Origin: Chrysomallon squamiferum
Lineage: Eukaryota > Animalia > Mollusca
DNA: 64,000 nucleotides
Assembly (NCBI GenBank): GCA_012295275.1
Contig: CM022676.1
Coordinates: forward strand, 930,001-994,000
Reading direction: 5' to 3'
Shown: positions 27,650 through 61,700 of the stretch, in pieces
Numbering within the stretch: the stretch's first letter is position 1
How the letters are laid out: each line of letters starts with the position of its first letter
Made by a program: the position numbers and the translations under genes
The notes under the pieces: generated by a model
Seen by the model: the letters and a program-made list of their open reading frames with translations, nothing else
What the model was told of the DNA's origin: nothing
The model's database searches: none

Positions 27650-29374
27650 CTAAAAAAGAGTTAATAAAATCTAGAAAAAAAAAAAAAAAAATCTCTGACA
27701 AATTTTTTTTTTATAATAACTATTCCTTTGGAGAAATAATGTGTCACAAACAATGGTTTCAAGTTTTTCTTATTTACATTTTGGTTGATTTTTGTCAGAG
27801 ATTTTGTTTCTAGATTTTATTAACTCTTTTTTAGATTATTATTATTATTACTATTATATATTATTTATTTATTAGGAGCTGCTGTGTTCTGGAGCTGGCA
27901 CAGTGAAGTATTTGCATCTGCTAAAAGTGCACCTGAAGTATTCTGCAAAGACTTGCCAACATTTAAAAACGAAGAAGTGGCCCAACACAAAACAAAAGAA
28001 AAAGGGATATGGGTAACCTATAAAAGAGGAGTTTATGATGTCACTGATTTTATTCCAGAACATCCTGGAGGAAACAAGATTTTGCTTGCAGCAGGATCTG
28101 ATATTGAGCCCTACTGGGATCTCTATGGTGTCCACAAAGAACCAAATGTTGTGAAAATGTTAGAGAAATATAGAATTGGAAATATTGACAAAGTCTATGT
28201 GGCTCAGAAGACCTCCAGGGACGACCCGTATAGGAATGACCCCAAAAGGAATCCTCTCCTAGTACCAGCTTCAGAGAAACCTTTCAATGCTGAAACTCCT
28301 ACACCATTTATGGCTGAAGCTTTCTTAACCTCCAATGATCTATTTTTTGTACGAAATCATCTTCCAGTACCAGATCTCAAAACAGTGAATCTGCAAATTG
28401 GCATAGAGGGCTCATCAAAATGTAAAACCTTCTCACTGGCAGAATTGAAGAAGGAATTTCCTAAGAAGACGGTTGTTTCTGTTATTCAGTGTGCTGGAAA
28501 CCGCCGAAGTGATATGCTCAAGATTAAAGAGGTGAAGGGTTTATTTTGGGGAGCTGGTGCTATTGGGAATGCAGAATGGTCTGGTGCTCTTCTTAATGAT
28601 GTCTTGAAAGTGTCAGGGATAGACATAGACACTGTGAAAACAAAACACATTCAGTTTGAAGGACTGGACAAAGGTCCTGATGGGTCCACATATGGAGCTT
28701 CAATTCCAATTGAAATAGCAAAAGATCTAAAAAATGATATCATTTTAGCTTATGAAATGAATGGCATGGATCTGCCAAGGGATCATGGGTACCCGCTGCG
28801 TGTTATTATTCCTGGTGTTGTTGGAGCACGGCAGGTGAAGTGGCTCAGTAAGATAACTCTGAGTGACAAGGAAAGTGGATGCCATTGGCAGCAGCGAGAC
28901 TACAAAGGTTTCAACAGCTCAACTGACTGGCACAATGTGAACTTTGATAAATCCTGTGCCATCCAACATTTGCCAGTTATCTCTGCCATCTGTGAACCAA
29001 CTGAAGACCAAGTCCTCCAAGAGGAAGATGAAGAAGTAACAATGAGAGGATATGCATACAGCGGTGGTGGAAGAGCAATAATACGTGTTGATGTTTCAGT
29101 AGATGGGGGAAACACTTGGTATGAAGCTGATCTTCAGCCAACCAATCAGTCTCTTTATAGAACATGGTCATGGACTCTGTGGGATGCAACTGTACCTCTT
29201 CCAGAAACCCACGGAAAGAGAATTGACCTGGTCTGCAAGGCAATAGATGTATCCTACAATGTACAGCCAGACAATGTGGAAGGAATCTGGAATCTGCGAG
29301 GTGTCCTAAGCAATGCCTGGCACAGGGTTACTGTAAATGTACATCCAAACCATCAACATGTGCCAAACACTTAG
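22938..29374 (+). CDS. SUOX: Sulfite oxidase, mitochondrial (~567 aa, two coding exons)
   Basis: Exon 22938-23142 (Arg-rich presequence, phase-1 donor G|GTAAAT) joins in frame to exon 27876-29374 (ATTAG|GA GCT GCT GTG), completing a hydrophobic segment WIAVGTAAVVGAAVFW. Downstream are a cytochrome b5 domain (VYDVTDFIPEHPGG), a Moco domain (PFNAETP, FFVRNH, QCAGNRR, DHGYPLRVIIPGVVGARQVKWL) and a dimerisation domain (GYAYSGGGR, IWNLRGVLSNAWHRV). Confidence 0.97.
25144..25638. mobile_element. hAT (Charlie/Buster-type) MITE, 495 bp, in the SUOX intron
   Basis: Perfect 14-bp TIR CAGTGCTGCCCAAC / GTTGGGCAGCACTG. 8-bp TSD TTGTAGAA / TCGTAGAA with central TA. Repeated subterminal (TCC)GGCCCA motifs. 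Confidence 0.88.
27631..27850. repeat. Inverted repeat with ~60-70-bp arms and ~85-bp spacer, just upstream of the SUOX exon 2 acceptor
   Basis: taataataatctaaaaaagagttaataaaatctagaaa(A-run)atctctgacaaa pairs with tttgtcagagattttgtttctagattttattaactcttttttagattattattatta. Confidence 0.9.
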
Positions 29375-32300
29375 AAACAAAATGTGGATTTGATTTTGTT
29401 AATATTAATTACATAAACAGATGGTGACAATTAGAGGATAAACAAAGGTATTCAGTTACAATTAAAAATGCTCTGTTTAATGATGCAGATAGAAAATTAC
29501 ATGTTATAGATACATTTGCAGTATGTATGAGCGATAAATGTAGATGGTTATTATACAGTACATTTTAATTACATTTAGTAAGTGGTTGGAAAAATATTTT
29601 TAAAAACTGAATTATATTTAAAGCTTTTTGACTTTTTAATGGGTAAGCATTACATAGGTTTACGTTAAATTACTGATTTACAGACAAAAACATATTACAT
29701 ATTGTTAGAGTTTGATTAGAAACTAAAATACTTGTTAACAAGACCATTTCATGTGCCTTATTTGATAAATAGCCATTAATGCTTTATTTTAAATATTTTT
29801 AATTATAATGTATAACTATTTAACATCATTTAAACAAAATAGTTATTAATCATCAGCCATTATCAATTACAAAGTTAGTTCCAACAAAATATATGGAATT
29901 CAAATTTTTCTATATTTTTTTACAGAAGATTTTTTCTCAAATATTTTTTTTTTTTTACAAATATACCTAATTATGTAAATTAAGAAATAAATGCCAAAAA
30001 TAAAAAATATAACTAACTGTGAAAGTCCATTAAGACCTAGTTAAAAAATGCATACAGCATCTTTAAGTCTTTGGTTTCTTTTTATGGCATCAAATAAATT
30101 TAACAAAGCAATATTTTATTTTGTTTTGGACAAAATCTCTGCTAAGACAAAAAACCATGACTACTGTGAACAAACTCATTTCTGGGTTTGGTGTTACAGG
30201 ACTGGCCCACTCTTTGAGGTTTTCACAGCATATTTTATTTTCAAATTTGTTCTCATTAATGGAATGAATGACTTTCATGTTGATTTGCCCGTCCATTAAT
30301 TTAAACTGCTGAAATGTAGAAATAAGATTATTTTTTGTGAATTTTTAATGTATACAAATCTATTTTAACCTGACAGGCATTTTAATCAACAGTAACACAT
30401 TCCTTTTTAATTTTGTCATAAATACCTGTTGATAGTGTTTTTATTTTAATGAAGGAAATATGTTACAAATTTAAGAAAGCAGATTTATGGAAAAAATTAA
30501 TAATACCTGTATGGTATGTTGCTGCATTAAAAAAGATAAGGTAATTTTTCTTTTCAGAAATTACTTCATGAAATACAAGACTGATAAAATGAATACTGGA
30601 TTTTGTATTTCTTGTGAAATTTATAAATGATGACTCCTCATTCATTTTGCATTCCTCTGTAACAAGTGCTGACCATCTTTAAGCAAGACAAGACTTTTCT
30701 TGCATGACAAATTTGGAAACGCACGAACCTTTATTCAGGGACTTGATTTTTATTTTTTATCTTATTTTACAAAAGAATTTATAATTGCAAAATATATGTC
30801 ATTATATTTACTATATTATTATTTTTACCATTTTATTTGTAACTAAAATGCAAATTGTGACAAGAAGCATTTATTAATGAAATGTTACTTTTTGTGATTT
30901 TGTTAATTTTATGTTTGATTTTGTATATTCATTAGTCAGAATGTTTAAATTATATTATTCAAGATTTATTTTTATAATATCCAAGATGTTGAATTTGCAC
31001 TGTATAAACTGCTTAAATTTAAATTGCAGTTTTTATCGGGTTAATGGTGTTATTATTTAACATTGTTAAATTTTATTTATGGTTTTTAAATAAACAATAT
31101 TTTTGAATTGTTGTTTGAAACATTTAAATCATGCATTTATATAAAAATTCCAATTTCTCAGACTTAAATATGCCATCTGAAATTTAAAAATAAACATCCA
31201 TGACAACCCAAAATAATTGTTACCTTTATTTATCCACCAGACACTTATTTATTGTCTGGGATCTAATTTGAGTAACATTTTATCCTTTTACCAGGATTCA
31301 ATAACAATTCTGTTTGGGCACATATTTGAAATAGAGTAAATACATCAAAATATGATTTCAGATAATTCTAACACTGACATAAACAGAAAAGTTGAAGTTT
31401 TTAGATCCATTTGCAAAATTACCTCTGCGTTTGAATTCTTGGTTAGGTTCAAAAACTAATACGGTCAGCTTATAAATCCATTATTATTTATTTAAATAAG
31501 AATACCATTCAGTAACTAGATATAATCTGCAAATTACTTTACACAAGAAGCTTTTAGAATATAAACATTTTGATTTCACAGATTTTTTAATTGCTGATAA
31601 TGTGTAGTCCCCCTAAATCTGTAACGTGGTTGAGTTTCAAATAAGTACTCAGTAATTTATTACAAGTTTAAACTGTTTAATATAGTTTATCAACTGATCT
31701 CATAAAATATCATTACTGCAGTGATAAACATATTACAACATGACTGTTCTGTATTCTATTCCAATTTTCTAGAATGAAACTATTGTTCCAATTAAAAACA
31801 CAATTGTTTCAATAATTTTCAACAACCACTAAGAAAAAAAAAATAAAAAAAAAAAAAATAAAAATAAAAAAGATAATAATTAAAAAAATAAAATAAAATA
31901 GGAAAGGTATTAAAAAGAAATTAACATTGTGAATAACAAGTGTTGATTTGAACAACATACAGTACATTTTATTAACAATTTAATTCCTTGTTTTTTATTC
32001 CAGACAAGAAAGTTCTGTCAGTCATTTAGTTTGGAATTCCTGTGTCTTACAATATTTGGATTTTTTATTTTGCCAGTGTTAGAGTGACAGCTGTTCTTCA
32101 GAACTATTCAACCTACATTCGAAGTTATTTACAGATCATAAAAAGTACTTTTGATGATGTTATGGAAAGACAGACTGAATATGACTTGGTATGGTTTATT
32201 TGATCTACAAATAATTAATCCATATGGCACATCAATCTTATTGTTTTTAAACCCAAATCACATCACATACATGTTAATATATGAAAATGAAAATATAAAT

Positions 32301-32569
32301 TATCTGAAGTTGCATTAGTAAATCACATATGATAAATAAATTATTTTATTTAAAAGTCAAAATTTATATATCATTTGAAACCGACATGAGACATTTAATG
32401 TAATCAGTCAGATTTATTACCAGCCCCTGACACCACTAGTATCTACCATCACCAGCCTCCACTGACAGTTTAACACATTAAAACAATTTATCTGATTTTT
32501 CACAGCTCATAGAAAAATAGATTCATGTTTTGTAATATTAACTGTACAGATGCAATTCTGCTGGTGACA

Positions 32570-44049
<11,480 letters not shown>

Positions 44050-44646
44050 TGTCTAAAATATATCACAACATTTAAAATAAAAACATATTAATACATACAT
44101 ATATACGTTTTGGGTATAACCATGCATGTCCAAAAGTATAGACTACTAGTGAACAATACCATGATCAATTGTCATAAATCTTGCAATACTTTGTTATTAA
44201 TTTTATAAATGCATTTTTAATTAATAAAATAAATTACATAAACAGTAATAATAATAATAATAACAAATGCCATACTTTAAAATGAAAAATAATAAAATGA
44301 TAACAAAAGAATTATATTATTTAAGATTAAAATGTTATATATGGCAAACTACTAGCAAAAGGTTTTACTCTATATAACTATTAGTATTACCTTTACGTTT
44401 CAAAAATATACTTATTTAATATATAATGAAAGATAAAATTAAATTACAGTTGTAAAATAATAATAATAATAATTCTGTGGTTTTTTGATGATCAACTAAT
44501 TATTTTTGGAGGGACTGGGAAATTGTAATGATGATGTTATGCACCGGTTGTAAATGGACCAACTAAAGGTAAAAGTTAACAGAGACAGAGACTGACGGCA
44601 TAAAATACAGAAACAAAGAGTTTTTATACAATTTTTTCTTCTTTAC

Positions 44647-44679
<33 letters not shown>

Positions 44680-44971
44680 TTATCGTTAATATGTAGATCT
44701 GTGTTTCTGGTGACAATGTACTATTCACTAAAGGTACACGTACACATTCACTGACGGGACACGTTTTACTCTATGATTCTATCGCACTTCGGTGCAAAGT
44801 GGATTCAAAAGCCAGATACATTAAAGTCCGAATTTATTTTAAAAACGTACTGTGTCGTCTACTGACTGTGACAACTAAATATAAAGATCAAAAGACACTT
44901 GAAATGCTAAGAAAATTACTATACAATATACCGACAGTAGAGCTGCCGTCTATCAGAAAGGACACACTAAC

Positions 44972-45085
44972 CGAGTCAAATAACTTTATCGACAATTTTT
45001 GGACTAAACCATATTAAACGTAGGGGTGAAGGAATGCAGCAATGGAATCTAGCTTCTATGAGATTCTATTTCTGATTGGTTTGTT
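44972..45085 (-). promoter_or_regulatory. Putative CBS non-coding first exon and promoter
   Basis: The CBS ATG lies 3 nt after an acceptor (TATTTTAG|ACA ATG), implying an upstream UTR exon. A donor-like TCG|GTTAGT sits at 44972/44971 and a CCAAT box (- strand) at ~45075-45079. Confidence 0.45.
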
Positions 45086-45356
45086 ACTAGCCACTGGTTA
45101 TTATTATTATTATTATTAAGGAAATGACTTTTGCAGTGACTTTAAATATAATGTCGTTAATAAAAATTATGGAAATAAAATAATTTACTTGTAGAGAGGA
45201 AAAACATTTTAAAATAATAAAATAACAATTACGAATAAAAAGAAAACAAATTAAAAAAGAACAAATTAAAGCAATAAATAAATAAATTGAAAAAGACTAA
45301 TAATACTAAAAATTCTTAAAATGATAATTAAAAAAAAACACACCTGAAACCCCCCC

Positions 45357-45389
<33 letters not shown>

Positions 45390-45485
45390 ATGTACTGAAC
45401 CAATTGTTCAGGGCTTTCAGAAATCTGGAAAATCCACAAAGCTGGCTATATTTCATCTCCTGTATTGAGTTAACAAACCCTGTAC

Positions 45486-45665
45486 AGTATCAGAAAAACA
45501 TTTTATTTCTTTACTTGTTTAAGTGAATTAATTAATTTTGAACTATGCTTTAGAGGTGGATTAATTTGTGTTTGGTATATAGTATCAGAAAAACATTTTA
45601 TTTCTTTACTTGTTAAAGTGAATTAATTAATTTTGAACTATGCTTTAGAAGTCGATTAATTTGTG
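45486..45665. repeat. Direct tandem duplication, two ~85-bp copies, period 95 bp
   Basis: agtatcagaaaaacattttatttctttacttgtt.aagtgaattaattaattttgaactatgctttaga.gt.gattaatttgtg at 45486 and 45581. Confidence 0.9.
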
Positions 45666-46400
45666 CCTGTGCAATACTGTGCAATATAATTTCATTTCCT
45701 GTACAATTGTACAGAGTTAAATAAAAGCATATTCTTTACTTTTCTCAGGTTAATTTTCTTTTATTACACAGTACTCTATACAGGTATTTTTATGAATTTA
45801 AAACAATAATGTATTCAAATGTAGAATAATAGTATTCCTGTCTATTCTATGTGGAACAGATATTCTATGTAAGTATTTTAAGAATTTTAAATCAATAATT
45901 AATAATAAAATGGCATAATTACAAACATATCAAATAAAATAATTTTAGGAAAATAAAAAAAAGAATAAAGCAAAATAAAAAATAAAAAAAACATGAAAAG
46001 ATAATACTAAAATTAATTTTATTAATAATTTTTGTTTATTATTATTTTATATAAAAGAAAATTACATAAAATTTATAAATAAATATTCCTTTCCTTCAAA
46101 GATCAGTGTCTTCAAGTGACTATGTATAATTGTAAGAAAACATAAGAAATAATACAAACAAAACTAAATAAAACTAAATAAAATAGACAGAAAACTGAAA
46201 AATAAATATATAGTGTTTTATTATTAAAAATCTCTGAAGTTAGATAGCAACTAATGTTGTTATTTTATTATTAATGTTTATTATGTTTATTATGTTTGTT
46301 ATGAAAATATAATCAGTTCCTCTTTGAACAAAAGAAGACTACATCTCTAGTGAGAAAATCTCCCATTGAGAATTATTCAGTCATGTCACACAGAGGAAGA

Positions 46401-47159
46401 TCATTTTTGGTTTTGTAGTTGAAAAGTCAATTTCAGTGGATCATGATCAAATGCATTATTGATTTCTTCATCAGTCCACTTTATCAACTCAGCTTTATTG
46501 ACTGTTATTGATTTATTGTCAAACAGAAACATGTCTATTGAGTGTTCTGATGGTCTGATCACATGTAGTTCCTTAGGAATGCACTTCTCAACAATTTCTG
46601 CTTTCAGATTGAAATCACCACCAACAATCACAGGACACTGAAATTCATTTCTCATCAAAATCACCATTTCACCAAAAAAACGGATGACTTCTGTTTTTCT
46701 GTCAGTTGAATATCGATAGTGAGGTCCATGCCAAGATATACAGAGAAGTTTAAAATCTGGCACACCTTTACTTTCCATCATACAAATACTCATTCTGGAA
46801 CGTTCTGCTCTGTTGAGGAAATCTGGACGTCTTTGCAGACTTTCGTATATGCGAATAACTTTTGTTTTGTGATCAAGACGTGTCACAGTTACCTCTCTTG
46901 TGTCATAAACAAATCCAGCTTCTTTGTGCCCTATGTACTGATAGTAGTCTGGCACATCAATCTCTTTCCAAGCTCTTGAATGAATATCTTTCCAGACAAA
47001 CTCTTGCATGAAAACTACAAGAGGATTTTCTTCTCTTAATAACTGGGCAATTGATTGTTTCCTGGTGTTAATCCTACCTTTTACTGAAGGTCCATTAGCG
47101 TTCATGTCAATCAAATGTAATTCTTTAACATCTTTTCCTACTGCAACATTAGCCAGCAT
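46401..47159 (-). CDS. Stand-alone endonuclease/exonuclease/phosphatase (EEP, DNase I-like fold) protein, 252 aa
   Basis: Uninterrupted ORF with the EEP catalytic motifs in order: LIDMNANG (N20), VVFMQE (E53), ISWHGP (H144), VIVGGDFN (D182/N184), IDMF (D209), FDHDPL (D238/H239). An in-frame stop lies two codons before the ATG. A pyrimidine-rich acceptor is 15 nt upstream and AATAAA lies downstream (~46217). Confidence 0.85.
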   Translation of the reverse strand: MLANVAVGKDVKELHLIDMNANGPSVKGRINTRKQSIAQLLREENPLVVFMQEFVWKDIHSRAWKEIDVPDYYQYIGHKEAGFVYDTREVTVTRLDHKTKVIRIYESLQRRPDFLNRAERSRMSICMMESKGVPDFKLLCISWHGPHYRYSTDRKTEVIRFFGEMVILMRNEFQCPVIVGGDFNLKAEIVEKCIPKELHVIRPSEHSIDMFLFDNKSITVNKAELIKWTDEEINNAFDHDPLKLTFQLQNQK

Positions 47160-47399
47160 TTTTCAATGGTCAATCTTTACAATAAAAATAAATAAAATAA
47201 AATAATAAAAATTATATTAAATTTAAATAATGCAATATTTGCATACAATAATATTAATAATAATAATGATAAATCAAATTTTTCACAAACAGCAAGCATT
47301 CTGTATTTAATATGAAGCAGATAGATATTCATAAGGCTTCTGTACAAATAACATCTTGCCATTTTATAAATGAATTATTTTCAAAATATTCCCAGTTTT

Positions 47400-47485
47400 A
47401 CCTTTATCAGTAGGAATTACTATTCTACAACAATAACTACAGCAACTACTACAACTATTACTACTATTATTACTACTACTTCTAC

Positions 47486-47517
<32 letters not shown>

Positions 47518-47770
47518 TGGGAGCATAATTAGATTAAAGAAAATAATAAAAAAATAAAAAAAAGCCTTTTCAAGACAAATTTTTGTGTGACTGCAACAGT
47601 CAATGTCCAAATTAAATATGACAATTATTATCACATTTCAAATATATGACAAAAAGTAAGGAACCTTAAATAATTAAAACCTTGTCTGTTCTGCCACTAT
47701 CACTATCAGGATGTAGGAATTACAACTCTACAACAACAACTACTACCTGCTTTTACTTCTACAACCACTG

Positions 47771-47825
<55 letters not shown>

Positions 47826-47985
47826 TTGGCAGCATAACTGGGTGTGGAGGTTGGAAATAAAAATAAAATGAGAGTTTTCTTATTTCCGTAAATTTCGATA
47901 TTACGTGTGGATGAGACAGCCACTCTCAAAATTACATTTTACAACTATTAATATCATTTCAAATATATATGACAAAAAGATATGA
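47400..47985. repeat. Diverged ~300-bp tandem duplication containing (TAT)n runs
   Basis: gtaggaattac..tctacaacaa..(tta)n..gcataa..catttcaaatatatgacaaaaag occurs at ~47410-47657 and ~47713-47979. Confidence 0.7.
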
Positions 47986-48135
47986 TTAATTAATTTATAG
48001 GAAAAATAAAGTAAGATATCTTACCAAAAATTAACAGTTTGTTTTAACTGTACAAGGTGAAAATTAACAATAACTAAACTTGCTGAATAAAGATTTCGGA
48101 GAAACCCCGTGATATAAAGCCTATTATTAGAATAA

Positions 48136-48158
48136 TGACGTCAGTGAAATCAGGAAGT
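48136..48158. promoter_or_regulatory. Palindromic CRE (TGACGTCA) and ETS-like site (CAGGAAGT) between the divergent EEP and PP2A-A genes
   Basis: TGACGTCA at 48136-48143 and CAGGAAGT at 48151-48158. Motif match only. Confidence 0.5.
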
Positions 48159-48284
48159 AGTTGAAGTTGACTGTCACGATGTCAGTTTCTGCTGAAAATA
48201 AAAAATACTGTAAAGTAACAGGAGGGTACACACGGACAAACACACATATTGTATTCAAACAGAGATACTACATACATGCAAATA

Positions 48285-48405
48285 TACACATACTCAAACA
48301 TATTTATATACATACATATATACATATATACATTCATACATATATACATATATACATTCATACATATATACATATATACATTCATACATGCATACATACA
48401 AATTA
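48285..48405. repeat. (TACA/TA)-rich compound microsatellite
   Basis: Units of catacatatatacatatatacatt. Confidence 0.8.
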
Positions 48406-48739
48406 ATATATAAATAGTTACACTGAACCATATAAGTATTTAGAAAGCGCATATATAATATATATGTGTTGATGTATGTGATTGTCTTATGCATATATGT
48501 GTATCGTGTATATGATGTTTTTGTTGTGTTTTTGAATGCCTGTATGAGTATATGTGTTTGTTTGTCTGTGTCTGTTTCTGTGTATATATGTGTGTGTGAC
48601 TAATGTGTTTGTTTGTGTGTGCGTGCGTGCGTGTGTTCGTCATATTTCGTCATTCATGGTGCAAAGTAAAACAGAAATAACTGACGCACCACAAATAGAG
48701 GAGGAAATATACGACAAAAAGAGCATTCTAAAATTAAAT

Positions 48740-58794
<10,055 letters not shown>

Positions 58795-61700
58795 AGAAGA
58801 AAATAAAATAAGGTAAATTTTATTTATATAGTGTAACTTTGTGAATAACAAATTACGTTCACTAATGAAGAATAGGTAAGTGTTATATAAATGTACTGGA
58901 TTCTTTAATAATATCTTTGTATTCCAAGTTATTGCATTTGTTTGCTGCTAATGGTAAGGAATTTAGTGAATGTATCATAACAGCACAGAATAGCTGTGAC
59001 CTGGCTCATACATTCCAAAGTGCCCATTACACAAAGAAATTTCCTAATATGTGAAACATTCAGTATATAGTGTTGTTTTTATGTATTGCCTTTTTCATGT
59101 CTAAACAAATTCTGTTTTCGACAATAAAATTATCACAGGATACAATGTGGTAAAGATTGAAATCACAGACCCATTTTTTAATGAAAGTACCCAGTTATAG
59201 AAGCTTGGTTATGTTTGTCCTCAGTTGAACAGCTGCTACTAAATGGTCTCATTTTGGCCAGGGAATTCTATAGAATTATATCAGGAATGCTGAAATTGAA
59301 AACAATAAATTGTTCATGAGTTAGCCGAGAATTTGCTGATCAGTTTCTCTGGAACCCAGTTTCAAACGGCAGGCATGATAACATAATTTAGTTTATTGTT
59401 ACAACAGTCAGTCTTGCTGATTTCTCCGAGCAGGACACTGCTGGTTGACAGAATTTTCAGGAAACAAGAAAAAAGCATTTTTTTTTTTAATTCAGTATTT
59501 TTACTGTGGAGTAATTGTTTCACACAAAGTTTCTGAATGCCTATCACTGATCAAAGGGTCATACATTATAGAAATTTAAGAAGATGGCCTCCATGTAATG
59601 TTAAAATCTATGGCTCGATTTGAATTTGTCAGTATACATATGTATGTCAGGTTTTGGTCCTGATATATGTAGAAATGATCAAACTAGTATATTGGCAAAC
59701 ATTGGTGATTATGCACTTGTGCTAAGAGAAAAGGTATTGAAAACATATTAAAACAGAAAACGAATATATACTCGGACAACGTATAGTGTAGCCAGATGAT
59801 GTAACTTGGTGGAGCTAGTGACCTGCAAACAATTGTTCTGTCTCTGTATTTTGTAGCTTTTTTTACTGAGGTTTCCCTAGTGAGAAATGAAGTATTTGCA
59901 TGCCAAACAAGTGTGAAAATTTTAGTATTTTTATGACTACATTCTGTCATATGACTTGCTATGCAAATGGTATAGTGTAGCAGGTACACATAATGGTTTT
60001 AAATTATACCAATAAGGCATACTAAAATAATACTTACAATTTTATTGGGGCAAGTTATAACAATATTATATTTGTTTGTTTTTTTCCAGTCAAACAATGT
60101 GCACATTTTAGAACAGAAATTTTTATTCTCATATTTTAATATTTAATTTTTTATGTTTCAGAAAATAATGAGAGTTCATGATGATCTGTGACCACGATGA
60201 CGCTATAGAGATTAAAGTTACAACAAGTGTCACTAAAGATAAATTTTGTGTTTGTTACCATTGGACGTCTAGCTATCACCACTGAATACATTTACCAGTG
60301 GTTTTATTTAATCTTAGTTCACCTGTCAGTTGTTCACAAATTACATTAGCTTATGTTATTTTTATTTGTGGCTGCTTTATTTCTCTTTGTAAAAAAAAAA
60401 AAACACCACTCATTTTAATTCTTTTCATTGGTTAAATTACAGAATAAAATAAACTTATCATATTATTTGAAGTTTTATCAGAACAACTAAAAATCCTTCC
60501 TGTAAAAAGGTAATTCATATATTTATAATAATACATATGACTGGATTACTAAATGTTGCTTGTGGAATGATTTGATTAGATGGAAAATGCATTATACATT
60601 ACATTTGTATAGCTGTTGAAATGAGTTTTTTCTTCTTTTTTTTTTAGCTTTTAGTAACTTAAAATACAAAGTGATGGGCAATACTTTTTTCTTGTCAGAC
60701 TAAAATTTTGAAAAAATACATTCCTAAAAAGAATTTTAAAAAACACAATACTGAAGTTTGAAACAATGGGGTAAAATGGAATAAGAATTTTAAGACTTTT
60801 TCAGTGGGTATGAACATCTGAACTACAGAACAAACAACTTTAAAAAATTCATATTTCCCAAATTCTTTGCTATATTGTAAAGTTAAAAATTAGAAAAGTA
60901 ATGTATTTCTGGAGTTTCTGTTTTGAAGTGGACATGAAAACGACATTAAATTTCTAAATATTGAAGTTGTTAGTACAAAGAAAAACCTGCTTCATTATTT
61001 TTTTAATTATTATTATTTTCCCAGATAAAATTAAAAAACAACAACAGATAAATCAGTATGAAAATATATAATACAGTTATTGTTACTCTGTACTTAGCTG
61101 ATCTGGTTTGTAATAAACAGAAACATTATTTATTTTAAATTAATCTGCCATGACAGTTTCTATGTTGATTAGATATTTTTTTTATAAAACTGATTACAGT
61201 ATTTTTCAAGATTTATTTTAATTTATTTTTAAAGGAGAAATTTTCATTTCTTATGTCTGAAAACAAAAAATAACAAAGCAGAAGATTTCATTATTTGTGA
61301 GTTTGTTTTATTCTCTCTAGTTTTCCTTACATTGTGGTGTACAGTACCCTGAGAATAACTAGCGAAATCTGTCATCCAACATTTACAAGAATCTGTTGTA
61401 TTTATGTAATGTAAATGTGACCAGTTTAATAAATGTTTTTGTGTCGGTTGACATTTTTTTTGTTTTGTAAGTATAATGTTATATCTTATTTCTGGCTGAA
61501 TGATATTAACATACGTTTGTAGTGTCATTCGATATAAGCCAATATTTTAAAAATCAAGACAATTCCAGTGTATAGTCAAACATAATACAACCTGAAAAAT
61601 ATTACATCTCTGTTGGAGAGCTTCATAAATTAATGAGTTTGAATATAAATGTAATGAAGGTACATAATCTCATCTTTTTTTAATGCAAAACTTGGTTATC

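Noticed and set aside
28900-29243. Antisense ORFs within SUOX, and similar ones within the EEP and PP2A-A exons
   Set aside because: These are shadow frames of real coding exons with no independent motifs.
27876-29374. SUOX as a retrocopy or bacterial transfer because 1.5 kb of CDS is intronless
   Set aside because: It has a properly spliced upstream targeting exon and the animal-type b5-Moco-dimer architecture. A large final coding exon is also how vertebrate SUOX is organised.
32076-32188. Exon-like open stretch on + (AG..VRVTAVLQNYSTYIRSYLQIIKSTFDDVMERQTEYDL|GTATGG) antisense to the CBS 3' region
   Set aside because: There are no partner exons and no recognisable motif, so it is compatible with chance.
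48161-48643. Several overlapping ORFs rich in I/Y/H/T or V/C/M
   Set aside because: They are translations of microsatellites. The same applies to ORFs at 19377, 22434, 35877, 42440 and 53139.
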